A DNA stretch of 64,000 nucleotides from Candidatus Calditenuaceae archaeon (GCA_025059595.1 JANXDI010000015.1:167469-231468); one strand, 5' to 3'; numbered from the stretch's first letter, positions 45,531 through 55,399 are shown. Notes: generated from the sequence alone by a model not told the origin. Translations and numbers: made by a program.

Positions 45531-46218
45531 GCCCTAGGGCCAGATATCCGAGTAGGAAGATTTGCGGTGAGAGCTGTGCGAGCTGAAATGAGCCAGCGAG
45601 GATTTCCCTAGCTCCATTAACTATGTATGAATAAGGCATCGCCTGTCCAAGTGCTTGGAGAAAGCTTGGCAGCAGGATTATGGGGTATGTGAAGCCGGAG
45701 GCCGCCGAGACGATGGAGTTAATGACGTTGGTTACCGGCTCGGGTTCGCGGAAAATTATCGTCGCTATACCTACAAGGAGGTTAAAGCCGATGACAGGCA
45801 TGAGTGTTATGGCGAGGAAAAGTATGACACCTATGACGTTGACGAGGTGGCCTATGCCGTAAACCAGTACGAGACCAATCGAGGCTATTAGTATAAAGTA
45901 AACTATGTTAAAGATGACGTTCGTGAGCGCTGAGGAGAGTACTGCCACGAGGGGGCTCACCGGCGACGCAAGGATGTATTCGAGCCTCCCGGTCATCATC
46001 CCCCTCCTGAAATACCAGGCTGAAGAACTACTCATGGCAAAAGCGACCATCATTACCGTGAATCCGACCAGCTGGTAAAACCACTGGGCTGGAGTTACCT
46101 GACCACCCGTGAGAGCCATACCCGCGCAATACGACAGGAGCGAGGTAATGAACGGGAAAAAGGCCATGAATAGGAAGACACCGGCCTCTCTGATGAAGAC
46201 CTTCAGCTCAGCCTCCAA
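45472..46218 (-). CDS. ABC-2-like exporter permease (first membrane subunit)
   Basis: 248 aa, polytopic. It overlaps the next permease ORF by 59 nt, so the start of that downstream ORF may be miscalled. Confidence 0.7.
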   Translation of the reverse strand: MEAELKVFIREAGVFLFMAFFPFITSLLSYCAGMALTGGQVTPAQWFYQLVGFTVMMVAFAMSSSSAWYFRRGMMTGRLEYILASPVSPLVAVLSSALTNVIFNIVYFILIASIGLVLVYGIGHLVNVIGVILFLAITLMPVIGFNLLVGIATIIFREPEPVTNVINSIVSAASGFTYPIILLPSFLQALGQAMPYSYIVNGAREILAGSFQLAQLSPQIFLLGYLALGLVFFRLGEVAYVRKSGVHW

Positions 46219-46244
46219 AATCCCCGCAAGCTGGTTTAAAACTC

Positions 46245-47195
46245 TCAGCGCGACAACACCCGCGTTAATACCTCCTCGAGACTCGGCTCCAGCACCCTCA
46301 CTCCTCCGACAGAATACCCAAGCCTCCTGACCTCGTCGATAACCTTCACCAAATCCTCACCAGGCCTATCCGTCTCCATCGTCACCACTGGATATCCGCG
46401 CTCACCAACCGTCACGGGAAAATTAATATCCGGCGATTTATCTGCAATAATCTCAACCTCGAGCCTGTAACTTAGGCGTAGCCTCTCCTTAAGCTCCGCG
46501 GGTGAGCCTTCGGCGACGATTTTTCCACTCTTGATGACTGCGACTGTGTTGCTGAGGGCCTCCACCTCCCACATGTTGTGGCTCGTCATGAAGACCGTCA
46601 TGCCCTGCGTCGCGAGGTCTTTTATCAGGCTCCTTATCCTACGGGCTGATAGTGGGTCAAGCCCTATTGTGGGCTCGTCGAGGAAGACTATCTCGGGGTC
46701 GTTAATAAGTGCCTTAGCTATGCTCAGCTTGGCCCGCATACCAAGGCTGTATTCCTCGTATAGCCTCGCGCCGTCCGCACCAAGCCCGGTCAGCTCGAGA
46801 AGCTGCTCAGCTTTCTTAACTGCCTCCTCCTTCGAAAGCCCGTATAGCCTGCCATAGTAGACTAGGTTCTCAATCCCGGTGAGTCTGGTGTAGAACCCCT
46901 TGTCGGGCGCCAAAACGAGCCCAATAATTCTCCTCACATGGTTTGCCTGCTTGACCACATCGTATCCACCAACCTCAGCTCTCCCCCCATCGGGTATGAG
47001 AAGTGTTGAGAGAATTTTCACCATGGTCGTCTTACCAGCTCCGTTGGGGCCGACTAAGCTGAAGACGACTCCTCTCTCAACTCCGAGGCTCACACCATCA
47101 AGAGCCCTAATGAGAGAGTCTTCACGGCTGAAAAAGCTCCGCTTCACCTTGGCTCTAAAAAACTTTCTAAGATCTTCACAGGTAATCGCATTCAA
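46245..47195 (-). CDS. ABC-2-type exporter ATP-binding protein
   Basis: Walker A GPNGAGKTT, signature YSLGMRAKLSI, Walker B IVFLDEPTIGLD. Confidence 0.9.
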   Translation of the reverse strand: MNAITCEDLRKFFRAKVKRSFFSREDSLIRALDGVSLGVERGVVFSLVGPNGAGKTTMVKILSTLLIPDGGRAEVGGYDVVKQANHVRRIIGLVLAPDKGFYTRLTGIENLVYYGRLYGLSKEEAVKKAEQLLELTGLGADGARLYEEYSLGMRAKLSIAKALINDPEIVFLDEPTIGLDPLSARRIRSLIKDLATQGMTVFMTSHNMWEVEALSNTVAVIKSGKIVAEGSPAELKERLRLSYRLEVEIIADKSPDINFPVTVGERGYPVVTMETDRPGEDLVKVIDEVRRLGYSVGGVRVLEPSLEEVLTRVLSR

Positions 47196-47217
47196 CAGAG
47201 TCCGCCTCCTAACTCGC

Positions 47218-47709
47218 TTAATCTTCCTTAGCCTTATCTATTTCGATTGCGTATTTGCTGAAGATTGGTCTAAAGCCAATTCTCTCGTAAAACTCTGCTG
47301 CGAGCTTGTGCATGGAGGGAAATTCAGCCGTTATCAAGCCCGCCCCCCGTTCACGGAGAATACGAGACGCCTCGGCCACGAGGTCCCTACCCAACCCCTT
47401 CCTCCTAAACTCGGGCAGGATGTAAAGCTCCTTGATAATCCCCTCGAAGGGGGGGTCGTAAAATATTCGCCTGACGATGTCCGCCTTGAGAACTCCTATC
47501 AGCCGCCCCCCACCATCGGCCACTACGAGCAGCGAGTCAGTTGAAGATAAGGAGTCGTCGATGTATTTAGCAATAGCCTCGCGGAGATGGTTAGATAGCT
47601 TCAGCAGAGGGTCAAACTCCTCGTTAAGCCTCTTTGACCTTATCAGCAGCTCGATAATCTGCTCCCTGTCACGCGCCTCTGCAAGCCGGACGCTCCACCT
47701 CTGGGGCAA
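47218..47709 (-). CDS. GNAT-family N-acetyltransferase
   Basis: Acetyl-CoA motif A: ILPEFRRKGLGRDLV. 163 aa. Confidence 0.85.
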   Translation of the reverse strand: MPQRWSVRLAEARDREQIIELLIRSKRLNEEFDPLLKLSNHLREAIAKYIDDSLSSTDSLLVVADGGGRLIGVLKADIVRRIFYDPPFEGIIKELYILPEFRRKGLGRDLVAEASRILRERGAGLITAEFPSMHKLAAEFYERIGFRPIFSKYAIEIDKAKED

Positions 47710-47787
47710 GGCTCAGACCCACCCTGACTTTCCACTATAATACTATTCCCCTATGTAAGGCTAGAGTTCGTAAACTTTAACTTAAAT

Positions 47788-50001
47788 ATGCGGTTAACCA
47801 ATTCGAGGCTGAAGTTGGGTAGAGTCAAGAAGATTGGCGAGGTACTGGAGATTCTTCGGCAGAAGGATAGCATCAGGAATATCGGCATAATCGCTCACGT
47901 GGACCATGGTAAGACCACGACCACGGACAGCCTCCTGGCGGCGGCTGGGCTTCTCAGCCCCACTCTAGCAGGGAGAGCCTTGGCACTCGACTACCTTGAG
48001 GAGGAGCAGCAGAGGCAGATGACCATTAAGGCTGCCAACGTCAGCCTCTACTATGAGCTCGACAAGCCCTACATCATCAACATGATAGACACGCCGGGGC
48101 ACGTAGACTTCAGCGGAAGAGTCACTAGGGCTCTCAGGGCCATCGACGGCGCCGTGGTTGTCGTCGACTCGGTTGAGGGAGTAATGACTCAGACCGAGAC
48201 TGTAATCAGGCAGGCCCTCTCAGAGCGCGTCAAGCCAGTCCTATACATCAACAAGGTTGACAGGCTGATTAAGGAGCTTAAGCTGACGCCTGAGAAGATT
48301 CAGGAGACGCTTGCGAGAATCGCGCGGGATGTCAACAGGCTCATCGACATGTATGGCGAGCCTTGGATGCGTGAGGAGTGGAAAGTGAGCTTCCAGAACG
48401 GAAGCATAGCGCTCGGCTCAGCTAAGGACAGGTGGGGATTCACGGTCCAGCAGGCCCAGAAGAGGGGGATAAAATTCAGCGACGTGCTCAAGGCCTTCGC
48501 GGACTCTAACGTAGAATGGCTCCGCGAAAACTTCCCACTCCACGAAGCGATACTCGAGATGGTGATAAATCACCACCCACCACCACACACTGCCCAGAAA
48601 TACAGGATTCCGAAGATCTGGAAGGGCCCGGTAGACTCCGAGGTCGGCCAAGACATGCTTGAGTGCGACGAGAAGGGGATACCGGTCATGGCCGTCACGG
48701 ACGTCAAGGTTGACCCGGCCGCCGGCGTGGTGGTGACTGGTAGGCTTTTCAGCGGCACGGTCTCAGACGGGGACCCACTGCTGATTGTGGGCAGGAATAT
48801 TGAGGCGAGGATTCAGCAGGTCGCAGTCTACATGGGTCCGAGTAGGGAGATTGTTAACACTCTCCCCGCCGGAAATATCCCCGCTCTCCTCGGAATAGAG
48901 GAGGCGAGGGCTGGAGACACGTTGGCGGGCGTCGAGATGTTGCCTTTCGAGACGCTGAGATACGTCTCGGAACCTGTTGTCACGGTTGCCATAGAGCCAA
49001 AGCACAGTAAAGATTTACCCAAGCTCATAGACTTCCTGAATAAGCTGACGATTGAGGACCCAACCCTCGTCACGGTTGTGAGGCCCGAAACCGGCGAGTA
49101 CCTCATCAGCGGCATGGGCACTCTTCACCTCGAGATTGCCCTTACTTGGATTCAGAAGGCTGGGCTTGAAGTGGTCGCAGGAACCCCGATAATCCTCTAC
49201 CGCGAGTCCGTGAACTCCCGTGGAAGGGTCTTCGAGGGCAAGTCACCCAACAGGCACAACAAGATTTACTTCTACGTCGAGAAGCTGAGTGACGAGATTG
49301 TGGACCTGATTAGGCGCGGCGAGCTGTTCGACGAGATGGATAGAAAGCAGGTTGCGAAGATTTTGAGAGAGCACGGCTGGGATGCTGACGAGGCTAGAAG
49401 CGTCTGGATGATAGATTCCGGTGGAAATATTCTCGTAGACATGACGAAGGGTGCTCAGTATCTTCATGAGAGCAGGATGATGATTATCGGCGGGTTCCAG
49501 AGGGTTGTGCAGGAGGGCCCATTGGCGAGTGAGAGGATGAGGGGAATCAAGGCCGTCTTGGTGAACGTCGACCTCCACGAGGACCCGGTCCACAGGGGAT
49601 ACGCGCAGATTGCACCAGCAACTTGGCGCTCACTCTACGCAAGCATACTCACAGCCGACCCAACGCTTCTTGAGCCCATACTGAAGATAGAGGTGAAGAA
49701 CCCGCCAGACTTCATTGGCGCCGTCACATCCATCATCAGCTCAAAGAGGGGGAGGATAGTTGATGTGAGCCAGTCAGAATACATCTCTGTGGTTACGGGC
49801 GAGCTTCCTGCGGCTGAGGCGTCTGACCTCGCAGAACTAATGAGGGGCGCGACTATGGGGAAGGCGTTCTGGGGGACGGAGTTCTACGCATGGAAGCCGG
49901 TGCCAGAGTCGATTAAGGAAAAGGTCATCATGGAGATTAGGAAGAGGAAGGGGATGCCTCTACAGCTACCTAAAATAACAGACTTCGTCGAGGAAGCTTA
50001 A
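47788..50001 (+). CDS. fusA: Translation elongation factor 2 (aEF-2)
   Basis: G1 AHVDHGKTT, G3 DTPGHVDF, G4 NKVDR, diphthamide loop HEDPVHRG. An in-frame TTG at 47815 (LGRVKK) is an alternative start. Confidence 0.95.
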   Translation: MRLTNSRLKLGRVKKIGEVLEILRQKDSIRNIGIIAHVDHGKTTTTDSLLAAAGLLSPTLAGRALALDYLEEEQQRQMTIKAANVSLYYELDKPYIINMIDTPGHVDFSGRVTRALRAIDGAVVVVDSVEGVMTQTETVIRQALSERVKPVLYINKVDRLIKELKLTPEKIQETLARIARDVNRLIDMYGEPWMREEWKVSFQNGSIALGSAKDRWGFTVQQAQKRGIKFSDVLKAFADSNVEWLRENFPLHEAILEMVINHHPPPHTAQKYRIPKIWKGPVDSEVGQDMLECDEKGIPVMAVTDVKVDPAAGVVVTGRLFSGTVSDGDPLLIVGRNIEARIQQVAVYMGPSREIVNTLPAGNIPALLGIEEARAGDTLAGVEMLPFETLRYVSEPVVTVAIEPKHSKDLPKLIDFLNKLTIEDPTLVTVVRPETGEYLISGMGTLHLEIALTWIQKAGLEVVAGTPIILYRESVNSRGRVFEGKSPNRHNKIYFYVEKLSDEIVDLIRRGELFDEMDRKQVAKILREHGWDADEARSVWMIDSGGNILVDMTKGAQYLHESRMMIIGGFQRVVQEGPLASERMRGIKAVLVNVDLHEDPVHRGYAQIAPATWRSLYASILTADPTLLEPILKIEVKNPPDFIGAVTSIISSKRGRIVDVSQSEYISVVTGELPAAEASDLAELMRGATMGKAFWGTEFYAWKPVPESIKEKVIMEIRKRKGMPLQLPKITDFVEEA

Positions 50002-50233
50002 AGGAATAGTGAATTTACCTCACGTTTGAAACGGTACCAGTTCAAAATTCATTAAGGATTATGGCTTCTTTTAAACAAAACAAAGAGCTGTCTATAAAAG
50101 AATCTATGAATATTATTAAGGGTGACACATTTTTGAAATAATGTGTGTGTAGAAGGTTTTTTGATGTGTGTTAAAATTTATTTGTAGTGTAAAGCTTATC
50201 AACAGTGCCATCGTGCAGAATTCCTGAAGAAAA

Positions 50234-53200
50234 ATGTTAGGTCAAGAGAAAGTAGGGCATTCAGTAATCATGAGCGTTAGCTTAGCGTTGGCACTTCTTC
50301 TGGTCTCGACCACTTCACCTCTAATTGCAACCGCAAACGAGGGGGGCGACTCTCTCGAGCTGCTGGAAGGCTCTTTGAACACGCATTCCTCAAGTTTCAC
50401 CCAGATGTCTGAGAAGAGGAGGGCCCCTGAAATCTCTATGGAGAGGGCTTTTAAAGAGATGCCACACGTTAAGGCATTCATCGACCATTTCAAGACGATG
50501 ATGAACATGGTTAAGGAGGGCAAAAATCATGTGAGCGGAGAGAGGCTTGTTGTCCTGAAAACTGCTACCCTTCCAGAGCTGAGGAGGAAGAGTGTCGAGC
50601 TTAGTCAGGTGGTGGGTGCGGCGGCTTATCGAGAAATTGGTGCTTATGGGAGGGAGGGTGATAGAAGGCTCGTGGTGTTAATGAAGTTTGCCGACGAGCA
50701 GGCAGCTAGATCTGCGGAGGCGATTTTGAGAAGAGACCCACTCGTCAAGTTCGTTGTCAAGAACTACATCGTGTCTGCTGGACCGGTGAAGGCTGAGCCT
50801 TTGACTGAGAGGGAGCTACTCGGCTCAAGTCAAGGTTCACCGTCAGTGCAACAGGCGCCTACACCACCTAACGACCCACTCAGAATCTGGCAATGGAATT
50901 TGATGTTGATTGGTTCTATCGGAACTCCAGGTATCGCTATTCCGGGTCCTGCAGCTCCCCCCATCGCGGTTATTGATACAGGTGTGGACTACACCCATCC
51001 CGACCTTTCTGGCAAAGTTATCTTAGGTTATGATTATGTTAACGACGATAATGATCCTATGGATGATCACGGACATGGGACTCATGTGGCCGGAATAGCT
51101 GCTGCTAAAACAAATAACGGCATTGGCATAGCAGGTGTCTCACCCAATAGCAACATATACGCCGTAAAGGTCCTCGACGAGGACGGATCTGGGACATTGG
51201 ACGACGTTTTGTCTGGCGTGATAGAGGCTGTCGGTGCCTTAAGTCCAAGAGGTGTGATAAATCTCAGCCTAGGGGGTTTAGGTTCCGAATGGGATAAGGA
51301 GTTGTGGGATGATATTTTCTCTTGGGCGCTTAGTGAAGGTGTTGTGCCCGTCTGTGCGGCAGGCAATGAAGCCAACTTATCGATCTATTATTTCGACGCT
51401 CTTGATTGGCCGGGCTATGAAATTGTCCCCTTACCCGCGGCTTCAGAATACTGCGTGACTGTGGCAGCCACGCAGGAGCAAGATCATAGGGCCTTTTTCT
51501 CAAATTATGCGACCGATTCAGATTACGGGTTCTTCGAGGTAGACATTGTAGCTCCAGGGGATAGTGGTAGGATGGGCTTGCCATCGGTCTGGGGTAGCTA
51601 TGGGATCCTTTCAACGCTTCCCGGAAACAAGTACGGCTGGACAAGTGGGACCTCTATGGCGGCTCCTCACGTGGCAGGCGCGATAGCGAGGGTTTGGGCT
51701 AGCTTCCCGGCATCACCACCTTCAGACGTGATGGCAAAGGTTTTGACTAGTAGCAAGATCTTAGATAGTGATGAAGGCTTTCCGGTAGCGACACCAAGGC
51801 TCAACATGCCTGAGGCGCTGCTTGCACCCACTGCGGGGGGAAGGAGAGGCGTTTTAGTCAACGTGATAGATGGTGACACGGGAATGCCTTTGGCTGGGGC
51901 GCGAATAACAGGTTTGCCCGGAGGGGTACTCTCTACAACGTCCTCGGGATGGGCCGTCCGTAGAAACATAGCCGCCGGCACATACACCGTCACAATATCC
52001 AAAACCGGATACGTTTCGGAGACACGGGTTATTACCGTTCCTACAGCTTCTACAACGGAGTTTAATATAGTTCTCGTTAAGAGAAAGCCTAGTTCCTTTA
52101 ACACAATTTTAGTTACTTGGGACAGTATAGACCCTGGATTATTCGAGGCGCTAGCTTATTTTGATTTTATGTTTGAGCATCCCGATATGCCCAGCTTCGT
52201 GTTAGCCGGAGGCTCCGGCCCTAGCCCATTTTTCTGCATCGATATATTCCCCTCCACCAGATGTGACGAGGAAGTCCTCTATGCCCCCCTTAACATGGGC
52301 GGCTTGAGTTATTGGCATCGGGCCGCCATCCCATATGACTCTCGGTTTGTTTGGAGACCTGTTCAGGCAATGGTCTTCAGAGAAACCAGTGATCTCTATT
52401 ACTCTGCATACATGGCCTCCGTACCCGGCTGGTTCATTTTCTCGTGGGGAGGCATCCCGACCGGCGACCCGGCCGCGGGAGGGGTGGCCGCTGCTCACCT
52501 CTACAGAGGATCCAGCAAGCTAACGCCACCAATATCGGCCTCTACGGCCACAGGTACTTCGGCGTTTTGGTGGTGGATAGTTACAAAGGCTGGTACAGGG
52601 GGCTTCACGACCGTGAACCAGCGGCTCCCGCCAAACATTCTCCATGTTTACCCAACACTGTCCAGTGAAGATCGAGGTGAATTTGTCGTTTGGAAAGATA
52701 TAGCCACACCTCGCGTCCTATTAGTAGATAATGACGGTAGTGCAGGAGACACAGATGAATTGTTGACCGACTATGCGAGCTGGTATGCCGACACATTAGA
52801 TGGCCTTCTTGCACAAAACGTGATAACCGGCTATAGGTTAGTTGATACCCACTTCGCCGGCACACCCAGCCTCGGCGACCTACAGAGCTTCGCCGGAAGT
52901 GGAAAGGCCGTCATTATCTTTACCGGCGACGACTCGGCAACGACTTTCAGCCGATTTGACAGAGATGCGCTGAGAGTATTCCTCTCACTTGGGGGGCGGG
53001 TCCTTGTGACAGGCCAAGACATAGGCTTTGACTTATGTGATGTAGGAAATCCTGAGCAGTGCGATTGGTACGAAGAAGTGCTAATGGCAGAGTATGTGGT
53101 GGATGATTCTGGTTCTACAGAGCTGGTTGGTGTTGCCGGTGACCCAATCTCAGACGGTCTCATAATTACGATACATGGGGATGGAGGAGCAGATAACCAG

Positions 53201-53437
53201 CTGTTTCCAAGCGTGATAATGCCAATTTCACCAGCGGTAACAGTGTTCAGGTACGTAGGCGGAGATTACCACACATGGCCAGGGGCTGTTAGATACGTAT
53301 CCGGGTCAACTAAAGTAGTTTATTTTGCCTTCGGCTTCGAAGCCATTACTGATCCGACAAACCCGGATGATGTGGACTTAGGCGCCGCCATGCGTGGGGA
53401 AGTAATGTCGAGAATCCTAAATTACTTGATGACTTAA
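50234..53437 (+). CDS. Secreted multidomain subtilisin-like (S8) serine protease
   Basis: Signal-like N-terminus. Asp AVIDTGVDYTHPDL, His HGHGTHVAG, Asn CAAGNE, Ser SGTSMAAPHVAG. About 500 further residues follow, including a carboxypeptidase-regulatory-like stretch. Confidence 0.9.
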   Translation: MLGQEKVGHSVIMSVSLALALLLVSTTSPLIATANEGGDSLELLEGSLNTHSSSFTQMSEKRRAPEISMERAFKEMPHVKAFIDHFKTMMNMVKEGKNHVSGERLVVLKTATLPELRRKSVELSQVVGAAAYREIGAYGREGDRRLVVLMKFADEQAARSAEAILRRDPLVKFVVKNYIVSAGPVKAEPLTERELLGSSQGSPSVQQAPTPPNDPLRIWQWNLMLIGSIGTPGIAIPGPAAPPIAVIDTGVDYTHPDLSGKVILGYDYVNDDNDPMDDHGHGTHVAGIAAAKTNNGIGIAGVSPNSNIYAVKVLDEDGSGTLDDVLSGVIEAVGALSPRGVINLSLGGLGSEWDKELWDDIFSWALSEGVVPVCAAGNEANLSIYYFDALDWPGYEIVPLPAASEYCVTVAATQEQDHRAFFSNYATDSDYGFFEVDIVAPGDSGRMGLPSVWGSYGILSTLPGNKYGWTSGTSMAAPHVAGAIARVWASFPASPPSDVMAKVLTSSKILDSDEGFPVATPRLNMPEALLAPTAGGRRGVLVNVIDGDTGMPLAGARITGLPGGVLSTTSSGWAVRRNIAAGTYTVTISKTGYVSETRVITVPTASTTEFNIVLVKRKPSSFNTILVTWDSIDPGLFEALAYFDFMFEHPDMPSFVLAGGSGPSPFFCIDIFPSTRCDEEVLYAPLNMGGLSYWHRAAIPYDSRFVWRPVQAMVFRETSDLYYSAYMASVPGWFIFSWGGIPTGDPAAGGVAAAHLYRGSSKLTPPISASTATGTSAFWWWIVTKAGTGGFTTVNQRLPPNILHVYPTLSSEDRGEFVVWKDIATPRVLLVDNDGSAGDTDELLTDYASWYADTLDGLLAQNVITGYRLVDTHFAGTPSLGDLQSFAGSGKAVIIFTGDDSATTFSRFDRDALRVFLSLGGRVLVTGQDIGFDLCDVGNPEQCDWYEEVLMAEYVVDDSGSTELVGVAGDPISDGLIITIHGDGGADNQLFPSVIMPISPAVTVFRYVGGDYHTWPGAVRYVSGSTKVVYFAFGFEAITDPTNPDDVDLGAAMRGEVMSRILNYLMT

Positions 53438-53617
53438 GCCCGACCGCCTTAAAACATCCGTTCATTTTTTATAGTCTCAAACAACCTTAAAGGCACAGCC
53501 TTCTCAATACATTATTATTCAAAAGATTTTTGGGGAAAAATAAAGACGCTACGATGCGGGAAGGGGTACGAGAAGGCGAAATTAACCAGCATCCAACCTC
53601 TTATGATATCATCGGCT

Positions 53618-54157
53618 TTACTTGATGATCTCAAAGCTAGCCAAGAAAGAGCCAGCATTTAGCGTGTTTAGTCTGGCGTAGTAGGTTCCCGGTGGAGCTG
53701 TTCTCCCCTCGTTGTCCCTCTGGTCCCATTTCCATGTTAGGGTTAGCCCGGGCTCGACGCTTTCTATGACCTGTATTGTTATAGGTGAGAAGATGATTTC
53801 TCCACTCTCGTTGATTATTAGCCATGGCGCTGGATTGGGCAGTACGAGCGTGAATTCACATTTATTCTCTAGAATTAGGATGACATCCTCGGATGTTCTG
53901 TAGGTCTCTTTACTGGTCTTGAAGACGACGCACGAGTCGATGGCCACTTCTTTGGTTTTGTTTAATGTCTCTGTTACTGTTAGTGTTATGGTTATTGTGA
54001 GGCTTTCTTCTCTCTCGCTGGGCACGGTTATACTTCTAACAATGGTTTCTGTCTCTCTGATTGTTGTCGTGGAGATGCTGAAGAGTGAGCCTGAGAGGAA
54101 GCCTGAGGCGAATCCTATGAGGAGGACGCCGACGACCAATAGGGGAGATAGTCTCAC
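53618..54157 (-). CDS. Membrane-anchored Ig-like protein, candidate BsuPI-type protease inhibitor
   Basis: N-terminal TM, a Thr-rich linker and a beta-rich domain ending LTLTWKWDQRDNEGRTAPPGTYYARL. It is convergent with the S8 protease gene. Confidence 0.55.
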   Translation of the reverse strand: MRLSPLLVVGVLLIGFASGFLSGSLFSISTTTIRETETIVRSITVPSEREESLTITITLTVTETLNKTKEVAIDSCVVFKTSKETYRTSEDVILILENKCEFTLVLPNPAPWLIINESGEIIFSPITIQVIESVEPGLTLTWKWDQRDNEGRTAPPGTYYARLNTLNAGSFLASFEIIK

Positions 54158-54233
54158 GAAGTGATGTGGGAATTCGTGTTGATATTAACATTTGCCAGAG
54201 AGTCTCAGGCTTCTGGGAGAATTTTAAGGTGAG

Positions 54234-55304
54234 TTAGAGGTTAATTGGTGGGGGATGAGTTATTCCGAGACGCTCTCCGACCTCCCTTAACCTTTTAACC
54301 GTGTTTTGGTCTAGTGGCACTCCGTTTTTGAGCCTTTCTCTCATGGTCCTCTCCTCTGGTTCTCCGGGGAGCAGTATCTCTTGGACATCCTCGGCCTTCC
54401 TAACAGATTTCAAGGCTCTTACAACGCTCTCGACCCTTTCGAGGAATAAAGTCTTGTCTCCGAAGACTTCGGGGTTTATCGCTAATATTAGTAGGCCTCC
54501 CTGCTGTGATGGGTGGTCTCGGACATCGACGCTTCTGGGCGCGCCGATGAGTGAGGAGGCCATGAGCTCTATGAAAAGGGCTAGTGAGTATCCCTTATGG
54601 CCTCCGAAGGGGAGTAAGCAGCCCTTCAAAGCCTCGGCGGGGTCTCTTGTCGGCTTACCCTCATCGTCGAGGGCCACCCCCTCCGGTAGCATTTCACCCC
54701 GCGCAGCCGCTAGGTGTACCTTGAACTTGGCTATGGCGGATGTGGCCATGTCTACTAGTATTGGGGGTGAGTCTCTCCGGGGTATTGCCATGCTTATCGG
54801 GTTGGTGCCGAAGACCCTACCGATGCCACCCCAAGGAGGCATCTCGGCTACGCCATTCACCATCGCAACCCCTACTACACCCCTCTCGGCAATTCTCTTT
54901 GTATAGTACGCGAGCATACCCGTGTGTCCTATGTTGACGGCGCCGACGACCGCGACTCCCAATGTGAGAGACTTTTCCGCCGCAATCTCCGAGGCCCTTG
55001 TAGCCCCCACTATGCCGAGCCCCATGCCGCAGTCCAGCAGGGCCCAAGTGGGCCCCTCCCTCAATAGCTTCAGCTCCGCTCTTGGTTTGAGATAGCCCTT
55101 TTCAAAACCCTCGACATAGTAGGGTATCCGAACGACCCCGTGGGAGTCCACACCCCTCAAGTTCGCGGATACGAGGTGGTCGGCGACAAGGGACGCATCG
55201 GTGTCTGGGAGGCCGACCTTAAAGAAGCATCTCCGACTGAATTCCAGCAGGTCTATATGTCTGAACCGTGACAGGGTGGCTTCAGCTTGGTGCATGCATT
55301 TCAT
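54234..55304 (-). CDS. Ldh_2-family malate/L-lactate/L-sulfolactate dehydrogenase
   Basis: NLRGVDSHGV, NIGHTGMLAYY and PFGGHKGYSLAL are typical of the type-2 malate/lactate dehydrogenase family. Confidence 0.85.
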   Translation of the reverse strand: MKCMHQAEATLSRFRHIDLLEFSRRCFFKVGLPDTDASLVADHLVSANLRGVDSHGVVRIPYYVEGFEKGYLKPRAELKLLREGPTWALLDCGMGLGIVGATRASEIAAEKSLTLGVAVVGAVNIGHTGMLAYYTKRIAERGVVGVAMVNGVAEMPPWGGIGRVFGTNPISMAIPRRDSPPILVDMATSAIAKFKVHLAAARGEMLPEGVALDDEGKPTRDPAEALKGCLLPFGGHKGYSLALFIELMASSLIGAPRSVDVRDHPSQQGGLLILAINPEVFGDKTLFLERVESVVRALKSVRKAEDVQEILLPGEPEERTMRERLKNGVPLDQNTVKRLREVGERLGITHPPPINL

Positions 55305-55399
55305 TTCAGAGGATATGCGATAAAGAGTTTACTTCAGCGTGGCTGAGTGTGTTGGTCTGGTCCTTAGGTTTTTTAGGTGCTTTTGGCGGTGAGGTTGGG

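Noticed and set aside
53438-53617. Possible small gene, ncRNA or terminator in the spacer between the convergent protease and inhibitor-like genes (T6 run at 53465-53470)
   Set aside because: There is no ORF and no convincing stem-loop. The T-run is compatible with an archaeal terminator, but a single short oligo-T tract is too weak to annotate.
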